This document shows, piece by piece, positions 27,352-39,131 of a DNA stretch of 64,000 nt. Origin of the DNA: Octopus sinensis. Taxonomy: Eukaryota. The position numbers and the translations under genes were made by a program. The notes under the pieces are model-generated. The model searched no databases. It saw only the letters and a list, made by a program, of their open reading frames with translations, and was not told where the DNA came from. Where the stretch lies: positions 9,920,001 to 9,984,000 of the forward strand of contig NC_043020.1 in assembly GCF_006345805.1 (NCBI RefSeq). Reading direction: 5' to 3'. Each line of letters opens with the position of its first letter. Position 1 is the stretch's first letter.

Positions 27352-27357
27352 TTTATT
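27352..27357 (-). terminator. Poly(A) signal of exon E
   Basis: ttttgtgaAATAAAgcatt downstream of the stop. Confidence 0.65.
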
Positions 27358-27642
27358 TCACAAAATAATATATTATATATATATTATGCTTAGTGTCTAA
27401 TCACTGACACTTAAATCATCTCGTCTTTTTTTTTTCTGACTGAAATGATATTATAAATTTTGGAGTGGTATTGTTTTGAGATATATATATATATATATAT
27501 ATTTTATTTGCTTCAGCTTCGTGGGGTTCGCTTCATTCTTCTTTTTCTGAAATACCCATCCACAGGGATTTTGAGAAAAAAATATTTTTAAAATTCAAAA
27601 CATGAAGACTTCTGTAGAATAGAGGAAAGTGAAAGCAGTGAA

Positions 27643-28174
27643 CTAAAGTTGGTATTTCTTTGGCTTTGCAAGTTCCAATATTCGATCGCTAGCAACCACA
27701 TGCTGCGTGGAGGGGTTCACTTTGTAAGGCTCAAACGTGTTCTTAATCATTTTCCTAGAAGGTGGGGCACTTAGTTCTACTAGTCTCGGCGATGCTATAG
27801 CATTCAATGCTGCCCTGGTGATGGTACGCTGTTTTTGTTGATTCGGGACGAAATTTGGATGCAATGACTTGCTGACTGCTAACTTTTCCAGCCTTGGATA
27901 GGTTCTACTGCTAACAGGAGATGGTTTAGCTGAATAAAACTTGTTTTTCTGACCTTCCAGAAGTTTAGTGGTTCTTTTGCGCGGTATCGGATGAGCAAGT
28001 AAAATAATTCGAGGTGAAGGTTTTACATTTCTAGCTGACAATGGCACATCAGTTTGCACGGGTCTCGGTGCGATAAAAAGTGGATGAAATTTCTTTGAAA
28101 CTGCAAGGTCAGTCAGTCTTGGACTGCAATTAGCATTCAGGGCAGCAGGAGACACTGGCCACTGGGGTGATGTC
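27643..28174 (-). CDS. THEG: THEG-like terminal exon E
   Basis: Same acceptor (tttctttcag|G). Encodes TSPQWPVSPAALNANCSPRLTDLAVSKK...VASDRILELAKPKKYQL*. Confidence 0.85.
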
Positions 28175-28299
28175 CTGAAAGAAACACAAATTGTTTAATG
28201 AATGCACTCTTCCTTTTTTATATATATTTACGCTGCTTGTTTGAAGGAAAGGAAGCTTTCAGCATGGGATGGGAGGAAAGTTTAGGGTGTCAGGGAGTC

Positions 28300-29640
28300 A
28301 GTTGAGGGTATAGATAGGATAACTGAACTGCAAGTACATGAAGTGAAGGGTGGGACATTGATTTATAGCCATCAGTGTTGTGGGGCAGGCAGGTTTGAGT
28401 GAGAGAGTGTAGGTCTTTCTATTTCCTTGGGTGTGTAGAGGTACTGCACATTGATGAATGGGGGATGGAGTGGCCTGCTCTGTTGAGTTGTGTGACCTTT
28501 GTGGTGGTGTGGCCCAGGTATGTCTACAGAGGGGATCAACAATGCATCTGCCTGTTTCCCCAATATAGAATGCACCATAGGATTTTTGGATGATACTGTA
28601 TTTGAGTTTGCATGATGTGCTGTGAATGTTTCGGGTGAAGTGGTGTTGTGGCCAGGGCCCAAATATAATTGTGATGTAGAGACAGGTACATTTAAGGGCA
28701 CCTGGTTGTGTGTGGATAGTCGCTGTGGAGCTTCAGTATAGGAGGTTACCAATGTTCTTGTCTTTCTTGGAAGTAGGGAGTGATAAGAACTGCTGTTGGA
28801 TTGGAGAATTATATTTGGGGTTTCTATAGGAGAGTGAATGGCTGTAGTGGGTGTCCAACTTGAGGGTCTGCATATAGACGGATGGGAGAACAGTGCCACT
28901 GTCTTTAGCTTGGCAGAAAAGAGTGCAGAGTCCACAACTGATTGTGGGTACTCTCAGTTCTTGGGAAAAGCTGCATTTTCTCATATTTAGGTTCAAACGT
29001 TTGATTCAGTGTTGCATAGTCAATGAAGGTGATGAAATTTGGAGAATGGTATTTCAGATTTAGTGTGTTTAAGATCAGGGGAACTGTGGAGAGAAGAGTG
29101 AGAAATAGTGCTGGAGATGTTGAGAAAAATAAGATATGTCAGATATTGAAGGAGTAAATTCAAAGGTTAGGTTAAAGGAATTAATAAAAGAGGTGAACCT
29201 ATAAAGCTGTTGCCTGGTAAGCATCATAGCACTGACACAGTTGTCAATAGAACAACAATAGAGATCAGGAATGGTTACTGTGGATTTGAGGAAAGACTTG
29301 ATTCTCAATGTACCCTACTAAAAGATTTGTGTAGGTGGGAGCCAAATTGGTACCCATAGTGACACCACTAAAATGATTGTAAAAGAGATGAACCTATCAA
29401 ACTGCTGACTGGTGAGTATGGTAACACTGAAACAGTTATCAATAAACAACCACACAGCTTTGGAGTGTGTCCTGTGCGTTGAGAAAACATCTGCTTTTCA
29501 ATATGGCCTACAAAGTGTTTTGCATAACTAGGATCCATCTTGGTGTTCTGCGTGATATCACTGAGTTGTATGCAAAATTCTCCAGTGAAGGAGAAGCGGG
29601 TTTGGACAAGTTCATCTAAATGGAGGAATGTGACAATGTT
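28300..29640 (-). mobile_element. Decayed Penelope-like retroelement upstream of exon E
   Basis: Nearly identical over several hundred bp to 22700-23490, with RT-like translated fragments. Confidence 0.65.
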
Positions 29641-29946
29641 CTGGACAGGCAGAAGCTGGCAGTCTAAATATCCACCAAACATATGTGGACATACATACAC
29701 ACACACACACAGACATAATATATCATCATCATCATCATCATTTAACATCTGTCTTCCATGATGACATGGCTTGGACAGTTTGACGGGAGCTGGCAAGTCA
29801 GAGGGCTGCCCCAGGTTCCAGGTGTCTGTTTTGGCAAGGTTTCTATGGTTAGATGCCCTTCCTAACACCAGCTACTTTACAGAGTGTACTGGGTGCATGG
29901 GAATATATGTATGTGTGTGTATATATATATATATTATATATATATA

Positions 29947-30007
<61 letters not shown>

Positions 30008-30313
30008 ATTAAGGGTACCTAAGAGATACCACCATGCTAGAAATAGCAGCCAAAACTTGACTCTAAAACCACATTAAATGTTCATACAGCACCAAGAGAG
30101 AAGACAAAGAGACAAAATAAACTAGCAAAAAAAAAATTACTGACGTTAGGAAGGGCATCCAGCTGTAGAAACACTGCCAGATCAGACTGGAGCCTGGTGC
30201 ATCCTCTTGGCTTCCCAGACCCTGGTCAAACCGTCCAACCCATGCTAGCATGGAAAACGGATATTAAACAATGATGATGCTGATATATATAATCAATAAT
30301 ATATATATATATA

Positions 30314-31149
30314 CAGGGTGTGATGGGTAAATTGTTACCATTTTATATTTTTCATTTTGCAAATTCAGATTGTTTGTCTTTGATTTTGTCGACTACACAG
30401 TATAGTAGGGTCAGTTGGGCACCATCGGCGAGAAAAACAGCACCAGAAATTTGGAAACGACATGCTGTGCTGCTTGGCATTCACATCCAAAGCTCCAATA
30501 CGAACATTTCAGAGTGTTTTGGCATCAGTCTGAGGACATGTACCAAGAGCGATAAAGATAAAACATCCAGTCAACATCATGGTGCTTGGAGTGATTACTA
30601 ATGATGGCAACGTTATGTCTCCATTTAACATTCCCACATGACCTCAGACTCAACACGGATGCCTACATCAAGTGCCTGGAGGAGGTAGTGTTGCCCTGGG
30701 TTAAGAAGGTAGCTGCTAGAAGACCCTATGTCTGACAACAGCACTCTGCACCATGCCACACAAGAAGGAGAACTCAATTGTGACTGTCAGACAATTTCTG
30801 TGATCACATCACCCCTAACACCCAGCCACCTAACTCCCCAGATTGCAACCCCCTTGATTATTATGTGTCGGGCACAGTTGAGTAACAGACCAACAAAACT
30901 CCTTGTAACACCAAGGATTATGGCAGCATTCACCAACTTCATCAAGGACACCATCCAGAAGACTTGTAGGAGATTCAGAAGTCATTTGGAGTCCATGGTT
31001 GAAGCCAATGGTGATTTTATTGAATAAATTTACTCTTCAGAATTTCAAATATTTTAATGTAATTTTGGTAAATATATCTGTTAAAATGAGATGTTAGTGT
31101 TATTTTCATTTTTGCTAAATTTAGACGACAGTTTATACACCACGCCCTG
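30314..31149 (+). mobile_element. Decayed Tc1/mariner transposon
   Basis: TA flanks, termini CAGGGTGTG...CACGCCCTG, fragments MVLGVITNDG, WVKKVAARRPY, PPNSPDCNPLDYY and RRFRSHLESMVEANGDFIE. Confidence 0.8.
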
Positions 31150-31162
31150 TAATATATATATA

Positions 31163-31217
<55 letters not shown>

Positions 31218-31941
31218 ATATATATACACATATATATATATATATACACACATATATATATATACATACATATATATATATATATAAAATCAATTATATA
31301 AATATATATATATATATATTATTGATTAGTCATGGGGGAGACAATTTTCAATGCCTCTGAAAATGGTGGAAGAAAGAAAGTAGTAGTTATTCTTTGACCA
31401 AATATCTGAACCAAATGTTTGCAACAGGTGGAATCTATTAATGGCAGCCAAAATCCAGGAGGTGATATTAAGCCAGATGTTTGGTTACTGTCTACACTAC
31501 CAGAAATAAGAATGTTCTGTTGTGCGCAATTTGAGTGTTGCAAATTTACATGGACTTCACTGGAAATGCCCCATGTAGATAGATTCCACATGCAGATTTT
31601 GTTAGAAAATAAAAATGCAGTCAGTACAGGCTGCGAAAATGTTTGCACGAGGATTGGCTATAAAAAAAAATGCCAAAAATTAGAGACATGCACAAGGAGG
31701 TTGGAAACCTTTAACTCTCCTTGAATATGCCGGCTGGTGGAAACCACAGTAAATGATGAGACGAAAGATGATGATAAGTGAAACAAAAGCAGACTTATCA
31801 AACCAACCAATGAAAAAAAAAGCATGTAGATATGTAAGATGATGATGACAATGTCAAAGGCAAAGATGATAACAAAGACATCGATATAAACAATGATGAT
31901 GGTAAGAAACATTTCACCTATACTTTCTATTGAAATAATGC

Positions 31942-31947
31942 TTTATT
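31942..31947 (-). terminator. Poly(A) signal of exon F
   Basis: ttttgtgaAATAAAgcatt downstream of the stop. Confidence 0.65.
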
Positions 31948-32237
31948 TCACAAAATAATATATTATATATATATTATGCTTAGTGTCTAATCACTGACAC
32001 TCTAATCATCTTGTCTTTTTTTTTTTGCGACTGAGATGATATTTTATATTTTGGGGTGTGGTTTCATTTTCATATTTCTGTTTTTTTTTTTTTGTTTTTT
32101 TTTGAGGGGAGGATTTTTCTTTTTCGTTCTCATTTTTCTGAAATGACTATCCACACATTTTTGGCAAAAAAAATAACATTTGTAAACCTTGAAACATGAA
32201 TATCCATGTAGAATAAGATGGGAGTTAAAATGTTGAA

Positions 32238-32751
32238 TTAAAGGTGATGTGTCTTTGGTTTTGCAAGTTCCCTTAAGCGTTCACTAGCAATCACATGCTG
32301 TGTGGAGGGGCTCACTTTGAAAGGGTTGTATTTTTCCTTATTAAGTCTCCTAGAAGGTGGTGCGCTTAGCTCTATAAATCTGGATGGAGTTGTCTTGAGA
32401 GATGGGCGTTGGCTCGATTGATTCGTGGGACTAGAATGTAACTTGTTAATCCCTAACTTTTCCAACCTCGCACTAGATGTACTACTGCTAACAGCAGATT
32501 GTCTAACTTCATACAACTTGCGTTTCTGAAATTCCTCAAGTTTAATGGTTACTTTGCGTGGTAATGGTGCAGCAAGTACACGAATTCGAGGTGATGGTTT
32601 TGCATTTCTGGCTGACAGTGACACTTCAGTTTTCACTGGTTTTGGTTCTAGAAATTGTGGATGTTGTTTCTTTGAAACTGCAAGGTCAACCACTCTCGGA
32701 CTGCAAATAGCATTCAGGGCAGCGGTAGACACTGGCCACTGGGGTGTTGCT
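32238..32751 (-). CDS. THEG: THEG-like terminal exon F (proximal)
   Basis: Acceptor ttgtgtttctttcag|A. Encodes ATPQWPVSTAALNAICSPRVVDLAVSKK...IASERLRELAKPKTHHL*. The ORF-track 'M' is GTG and there is no Met in frame. Confidence 0.85.
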
Positions 32752-33682
32752 CTGAAAGAAACACAACTTGTTTAATGAGAAAGACTAAAATTGGCCGTCG
32801 TTTATTATCAGAGGTCGGCAAAGGGGTCAATATTCATTATCCGAGCGATCAATAAACACCTGAAATAATTTGTGCATTTCGTGTGTTGAATTATTCTCAA
32901 TATAACAAGACGGGATTTAAAGTGGTGAACTGGTTGAATTAATAGCATGTCAAGCATAATGCTTAGTAGCATCTCATCCGTCTCTACATTCTGAGTTCAA
33001 TTTCCATTGAGGTTGACTTTGCCTTTCATCCTTTCGGGATTGATAAAATAAGTACCAGCTGAACATTGTGGTCGATATAATCGACTTACATTCATCCCCC
33101 GAAATTGTTGGCCTTGTATCAAAATTTGTATCAAAATTTGAAATCAGTATCGTAGGAGTTGAATTTTAAGTATTTCCAAGAAATTTCTTATTAAAAAGTG
33201 GTTAATGATATAAAAGAACTCATGAACTGTTGTTGTTTTTTTTTCTTTGTAATGGAAAAACTTTTTTATTATACTTTTCGATTCTATTATAGAAATTTCC
33301 ATGATAGAGGTCAATAAGTTCTCAAGAATTCCATAAAGGGGTCAATAATATAAGGAACTGGCTGACCCTCAGTTTTGATGATCATTTCCACAAATACCTT
33401 TACTATTTTGAGAACAACACCCAGTCATTCTCAAAATCTATTGAAACACCTTTCTGTTCATGAAATCCCCTTAAATCCCAATTTGACCTTCGTTTGCAAA
33501 AACAGGGAACGACATAATTTTTTTCCCTAGCATGCCTTGCTTTCCCTTGCTTAACGAGAGCATGCTAGATGAAAACTTAAGTGATCGTTATACAAAAACA
33601 GTTTGTTTGTTTATAATCCATGTGTGTAAATATGTCTAATCTTTGAGCTGTTTGCTGTCTAAAAGATAACGTGAAATATTAC

Positions 33683-33732
33683 CTGACTTGGAAACAGGTG
33701 AGAGTGGATTGACATCAGGAAAGAGCACCTGG
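33683..33732 (-). CDS. Possible small exon of the THEG-like gene (SQVLFPDVNPLSPVSKS)
   Basis: Acceptor tttttttcag|C (phase 2), donor TCAG|gtaata (phase 1). PVSKS resembles the THEG PVSxAA motif. No downstream phase-1 partner exon was found. Confidence 0.35.
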
Positions 33733-33943
33733 CTGAAAAAACACCTGCTTCAACAACATTTGGCAGATCGGAACTACATAACCATGTAAGCGTGACAAGA
33801 GGACATTAAGCGGATGATGATGAGGATGACAATGATGGTGGTGGTGGTGGTGGTGGTGGTGTTTAGCGGTTATTGTTGTTGGTGGTGGTGGTGGTGGTGG
33901 TGGTGGTGGAGTCACTGGTGTAAAGAAAAGAATTGAAACATAC

Positions 33944-34010
33944 CTGGGTGGAACGTATCTTGAGTGTAATTGCTTGGATTGAGAGAGAACCATAAGTCTT
34001 TGAGACACCG
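33944..34010 (-). CDS. THEG: Shared (constant) exon of the THEG/SPMAP2-like gene
   Basis: Acceptor ctctccaatctgcag|, donor CCCAG|gtatgt, 67 nt. Encodes (A)VSQRLMVLSQSKQLHSRYVPP(R), a THEG-type repeat. Its phase-2 end fits all six downstream acceptors. Confidence 0.75.
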
Positions 34011-34069
34011 CTGCAGATTGGAGAGAATGGTAGAGATGTAGTTGTGTTAGAAGTGGATCGTTACACATT

Positions 34070-34690
34070 TGTGTGGGTGGGTGGGTGTCTGGGTGTGTGA
34101 GAAAGTGTGTGTGTGTGTGTGTGCATGTGTGTGGTGAGTGTGTGTGTGTGTCCATGTGTGAGTGTGTGTGTCCATGTGTGTGAGTGTGTGTGTATGTGAA
34201 TGTGTGTGTGCATGTGTGTGAGTGTGTGGGTGTGTATGTGAATGTGTGAGAGTGTGTGTGTGTGTGTGTGCATGTGTGTGGTGAGTGTGTGTGTGTGTGT
34301 CCATGTGTGAGTGTGTGTGTCCATGTGTGTGAGTGTGTGTGTATGTGAATGTGTGTGTGCATGTGTGTGAGTGTGTGGGTGTGTATGTGAATGTGTGAGA
34401 AAGTGTGTGTGTGTGTGTGTGCATGTGTGTGGTGAGTGTGTGTGTCCATGTGTGTGAGTGTGTGTGTATGTGAATGTGTGTGTGCATGTGTGTGAGTGTG
34501 TGGGTGTGTATGTGAATGTGTGAGAAAGTGTGTGTGTGTGTGTGCATGTGTGTGGTGAGTGTGTGTGTCCATGTGTGTGAGTGTGTGTGTATGTGAATGT
34601 GTGTGTGCATGTGTGTGAGTGTGTGGGTGTGTATGTGAATGTGTGAGAAAGTGTGTGTGTATGTGTGTGTATGTGTGAATATGTGAGAAC
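34070..34690. repeat. Complex (GT)n minisatellite
   Basis: GT-rich units with recurring ccatgtgtgtgagt, atgtgaat and gagaaagt interruptions. Confidence 0.9.
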
Positions 34691-34887
34691 GTGTATGCAT
34701 AGCCATGTGTGTTTCTGAGACTGAGTGTGCCTCTCCTTGATGCTAACAGTGATATAAAACAATATCAACAAAGTACAGTCTTAAAGAGAAAGCCTTCGAC
34801 AATCCAACCATGGTCAAAAACGACGAGACTCAAACAAACAAGCTGTTACTCAACAATTAGCCAGAAATGATTTTTAAAATGAGAATA

Positions 34888-35666
34888 TCTTTATATATAA
34901 AACTGTAGTTGTGTGAGTGTCTGTCCCCTTCGATTTAGATTCCTAACTACTCCCACATTTTGCGGTGCAGTTTAACCAAATTCGGGTATCTTATAGTCGT
35001 GATTCATATCGAGCCCGTCTGAGTATTAGTGCGCGTCTACGATGAGTCTACGATTTTAAAAATAATTTAACATCATTTTTTATTCCATTTTAATGCATAA
35101 TTTTTCGTGTGTCGATGGCGGCAGAGTTGGCGTCCACGCTTAAACACCTGCACCTGTGGGGAAGGGAGTGTAAGGAAATCAACGTCGTAATGCGCTGTCA
35201 AGGAGACCAGCGTTCTTTTAGAACAACGACTTCATGGCTTGAAGACACCAAAACAGAAATGGCTAAGAAAGCCCGAATTGGCATCTATAAGGGAAGTAAC
35301 TCTCTAAAAATGCTTATATAGTTATTTCCCTTACAAACCCGAGCAACGCCGGGCAATACTGCTAGTCTTTATATATAAAAGTGAAGTTGTGTGTCTGTCT
35401 CCTACGATTTAGATTCCTAACTACTCCCACATTTTGCAGTGCAGTTTAACCAAATTCGGGTATCTTATAGTTGTGATTCATATTGAGCCCTTCTGGGTAT
35501 TAGAGCGCATCTACGATGAGTCTACAATTTAAAAAAAAATTTACCATAATTTTTTCCCATTTTTAATGCAATTTTTTTTGCTATTATATAAGGGAAGTAA
35601 CTCTCTAAAAATGCTTATATAGTTATTTCCCTTACAAACCCGAGCAACGCCGGGCGATACTGCTAG
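34888..35666 (+). mobile_element. Two head-to-tail non-autonomous Helitrons (34888-35365 and 35366-35666)
   Basis: Each has a 5' TC start, a subterminal hairpin CCCGAGCAACGCCGGG and a 3' CTAG. The pair sits between A and T. Confidence 0.75.
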
Positions 35667-35780
35667 TCTGAAATAAACTCGATTGCTCTTACAAATGAGA
35701 ATACTAAAAGTGAAACAGACTGCTCTCAAAAATTAAGTAAAAAAAAAACAGAAAAATAATCTAGAATCTTTGTCCAGTAC

Positions 35781-35863
35781 CTGATCGATCCCAATGGTAG
35801 TCATGGAATGTGAAGGTGGGTGTATGGGCCATGCTTGTAATGCTGTGTGTGTGTGTGTGCCAT
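35781..35863 (-). CDS. Probable upstream exon of the THEG-like gene (likely start ATG at 35832)
   Basis: Acceptor gtctttgttcccactgcag|, donor CAG|gtactg. In-frame ATG in strong context (agcATGG) gives MAHTPTFTFHDYHWDRS, and the phase-1 end matches the 33944-34010 exon. No protein homology recognised in this exon. Confidence 0.5.
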
Positions 35864-36369
35864 CTGCAGTGGGAACAAAGACAGTTTTCTCTATGAAGGC
35901 CTTTTTTAGTTTATCCATTCATATGTGGGAAGCACTCCATCGGTTACGACGACGAGGGTTCCGGTTGATCCGAATCAACGGAACAGCCTGCTCGTGAAAT
36001 TAACGTGTAAGTGGCTGAGCACTCCACAGACACGTGTACCCTTAACGTAGTTCTCGGGGATATTCAGCGTGACACAGAGAGTGACAAGGCCGACCCTTTG
36101 AAATACAGGTACAACAGAAACAGGAAGTAAGAGTGAGAGAAAGTTGTGGTGAAAGAGTACAGCAGGGATCACCACCATCCCCTGCAGGAGCATCGTGGAG
36201 CTTTTAGGTGTTTTCGCTCAATAAACACTCACAACGCCCGGTCTGGGAATCGAAACCGCGAGTCCGCTGCCCTAACCACTGGGCCATTGCGCCTCCACAT
36301 CCATTCATATAGTGTCTTTACAACCATAAAGGTCTACAGCATTGTTGAGAGTATGGATGATGCAATCAC

Positions 36370-36975
36370 TGTTGGACAATGTGCCCTTAAATATGGTTTC
36401 TGATTACAAATATCTTGGGTCATACATATCATCATCTGGAAAAGATTTTCTAACTAGAAAGGGTATGGCCTGGTCAGCCTGTAATGACATGCATAAGATC
36501 TGGTCATCAAATCTAAGTAGAGACTTCAAACTTGAAATCTTCAAAGCCACAGTCGAACCAATTCTACTATATGGCTCAGAAACCTGGACGTTATCAAAGA
36601 AGCTTGAGAGGCGGTTGGATGGAACCTACACTCGCCTCCTTATGAGAGCTCAAAATCTCTTGTGGAAGCGTCATCCAACCAAAATGCAAATATATGGGAA
36701 ACTACCACCTGTGTCATCTCTTGTGAAAGGTAGGAGAGTCCAGTTTGCTGGACATTGTTGTAGAGCTGAAAACGAGGTAATTTCTCCTCTTCTCCTCTGG
36801 AAGCCATCTACTCGCAATACCAGAGAGCGCACACTTTCCTACCCTGATGTAATCTCCAGGGATACAGGCATCCAGCAACAGGACCTCCGTAATGCCATGA
36901 TGGACTGTGAAGTCTGGCGTAGCATGGTAAACTCCATTGTCTCGACCACGGTCGAACAATGATGATGATGATGAT
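36370..36975 (+). mobile_element. 5'-truncated RTE-clade LINE (RT C-terminus)
   Basis: YKYLGSYI...VEPILLYGSETWTL...FAGHC, followed by an (ATG)n tail. Confidence 0.85.
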
Positions 36976-37231
36976 GAAGGTCTATAGTGAAAAATTTGTC
37001 AGTGTGCAAAAGAAAATGGAAAGGACTTGCATATGGTGCTGTTAACAGAGGTTCAACAACATTGTTGCGCACAAAAACATGAGTCCAAGAAGAAAAGCTT
37101 CCTTCAAGGCAGAGCTAGAAATGCAATTGTCAAGCAGGTAAGAGGTTTTAAACAGGTGTGGTATATTCAAAATTGGTAAAGCTAAAAATTGTCGAGGATA
37201 AATTAAATTCATTATTGTTACTGAATATGTT

Positions 37232-37285
<54 letters not shown>

Positions 37286-38306
37286 TAACGTCCGTTTTCC
37301 ATGCTGGCATGGGTTGGACGGTTTGACTAAGGCGGCGAGCTGGCAGAAATGTTAGCACGCCGGGCGAAATGCTTAGCGGTATTTCGTCTGCGTTACGTTG
37401 TGAGTTCAAATTCCGCTGAGGTCGACTTTGCCTTTCATCCTTTCGGGGTCGATAAATTAAGTACCAGTTACGCACTGGGGTCGATGTAATCGACTTAATA
37501 CCTATGTCTGTCCTTGTTTGTCCTCTCTGTGTTTAGCCCCAAGTGGGTAGTAAAAAAATAGGTTTGACTAAGGTCTGGAGAGCCAGTGGCTGCACCAGGC
37601 TCCAACCTGATCTGGCAATGTTTCTACAGCTAGTCTTATTTAATTTCTGAATGGTTCTGCTGCCGTTTGTTTGTGTAGTTTGATTTCTTTATCCATCAAT
37701 TTCTACTAAGATAGAGATGCAAGTAAAATTAATAATAAAGAAATGAAAATAAAATTTTGGAAACGGCAATTCCACCATAACCTATGTGGAAACCATGAGC
37801 ATGCTTTCAAGGGAGATAATCAGAGAAAGACTTGAAAGTCAACATAAGATCGTAATACTTCATGTAAAGTAAATATAACAAATAATGCAGAATCCTTGTC
37901 CAGTTCCGGACTGATCCCAAAATCTAATCAGTTTGTGCCAGTCATGAGGCCAAGCATCCCTGAAAGTTTCATCCAAATCCATCCAGCAGTTCTTGAGATA
38001 TCATGTCCATGGACAAACAAACAAACAAACATGACTGCAAACAATACCTCTGCCTTCGCTAAGGCAGAGTTAATAATAATAATAATAATCCTTTCTACTA
38101 CAGGTACGAAGCCTGAAATCTTTGTGGGGGCAGTCAGTTAGACCGACCCCAGTATGCAACTGATACTTAATTTATCGACCCCCAAAAGGACGAAAGGCAA
38201 AGTCAGCCCCCAGCAGAATTTGAACTCAGAACGTAGTGACAGGTGAAATACCACTAAGCATTTCACCCGGTTTGCTTATGATTCTGCCAGCTCGCCGCCT
38301 TTTTGA

Positions 38307-38350
<44 letters not shown>

Positions 38351-39085
38351 ATAATGATGATGATCCTTTCTACAATAGGCACAAGGCCTGAAATGTGGGG
38401 GAGGGGACTAGTTGATTAAATCGACCCCCCTCCCCTATCCCCAGTGTTACACTGGTACTTAATTTATCGACCCCCGAAGGGATGAAAGGCAAAGTCAACC
38501 TCGCTGAAATTTGAACTCAGAATGTAAGGACAGACAAAATGCTGCTAAGTATCTTGCATGACATGTTGGTATAAAAGATGGGCTACAGCAAATATTCTGC
38601 TCAATACCACAGATTTGCTCGTCAGTTGTTTGACCATAACCAGTTGAGCATGTCCCTTAGTGGCTGACAATATGTGCATCTCTGATTATGAGCTGGAGTA
38701 GTGGGGGAGCATCATAGCCATCTGTTGAGAGGAATTTCTTTGGGGTTTGAATAATTCACTTCTGGAAACACGGGTGTTTCATTCAACATCCTTAAACAAC
38801 CCTTATTCAGAGACCTTTTGAGCAGGATGAGCTACTTGACCTGAAGAAAATTCTAACTGGGCTCCACCTGCAAGGTCATATACTGTTTATCTTGATTTGA
38901 GATCACCATATCATGTACACATGATTGTGATACATGTGCCTGGTGTACTCTTATCAGACAGGTAGTCATGATGGTGTCGTATATTGTACCCCAGTGTCAC
39001 ATTGATGGCACATGTTGCTCTCTCACTCAATAACAATAGTAATAACAGTAATAGTAGTAGTAGTAATGGTGATGATAATAGTAGA

Positions 39086-39131
<46 letters not shown>

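Noticed and set aside
18579-32732. Six independent single-exon genes, as the ORF track suggests
   Set aside because: The track's initial 'M' is GTG. The frame is closed by TAA just upstream of a conserved acceptor, B and F have no Met, and homology starts exactly at the AG.
33715-34771. Long His/Thr-rich ORFs
   Set aside because: Translation of a (CA)n minisatellite. Only the embedded 67-nt exon is credible.
37021-37140. + strand donor-like site CAG|gtaaga after a short open frame
   Set aside because: No credible acceptor or partner exons, and no recognisable protein motif.
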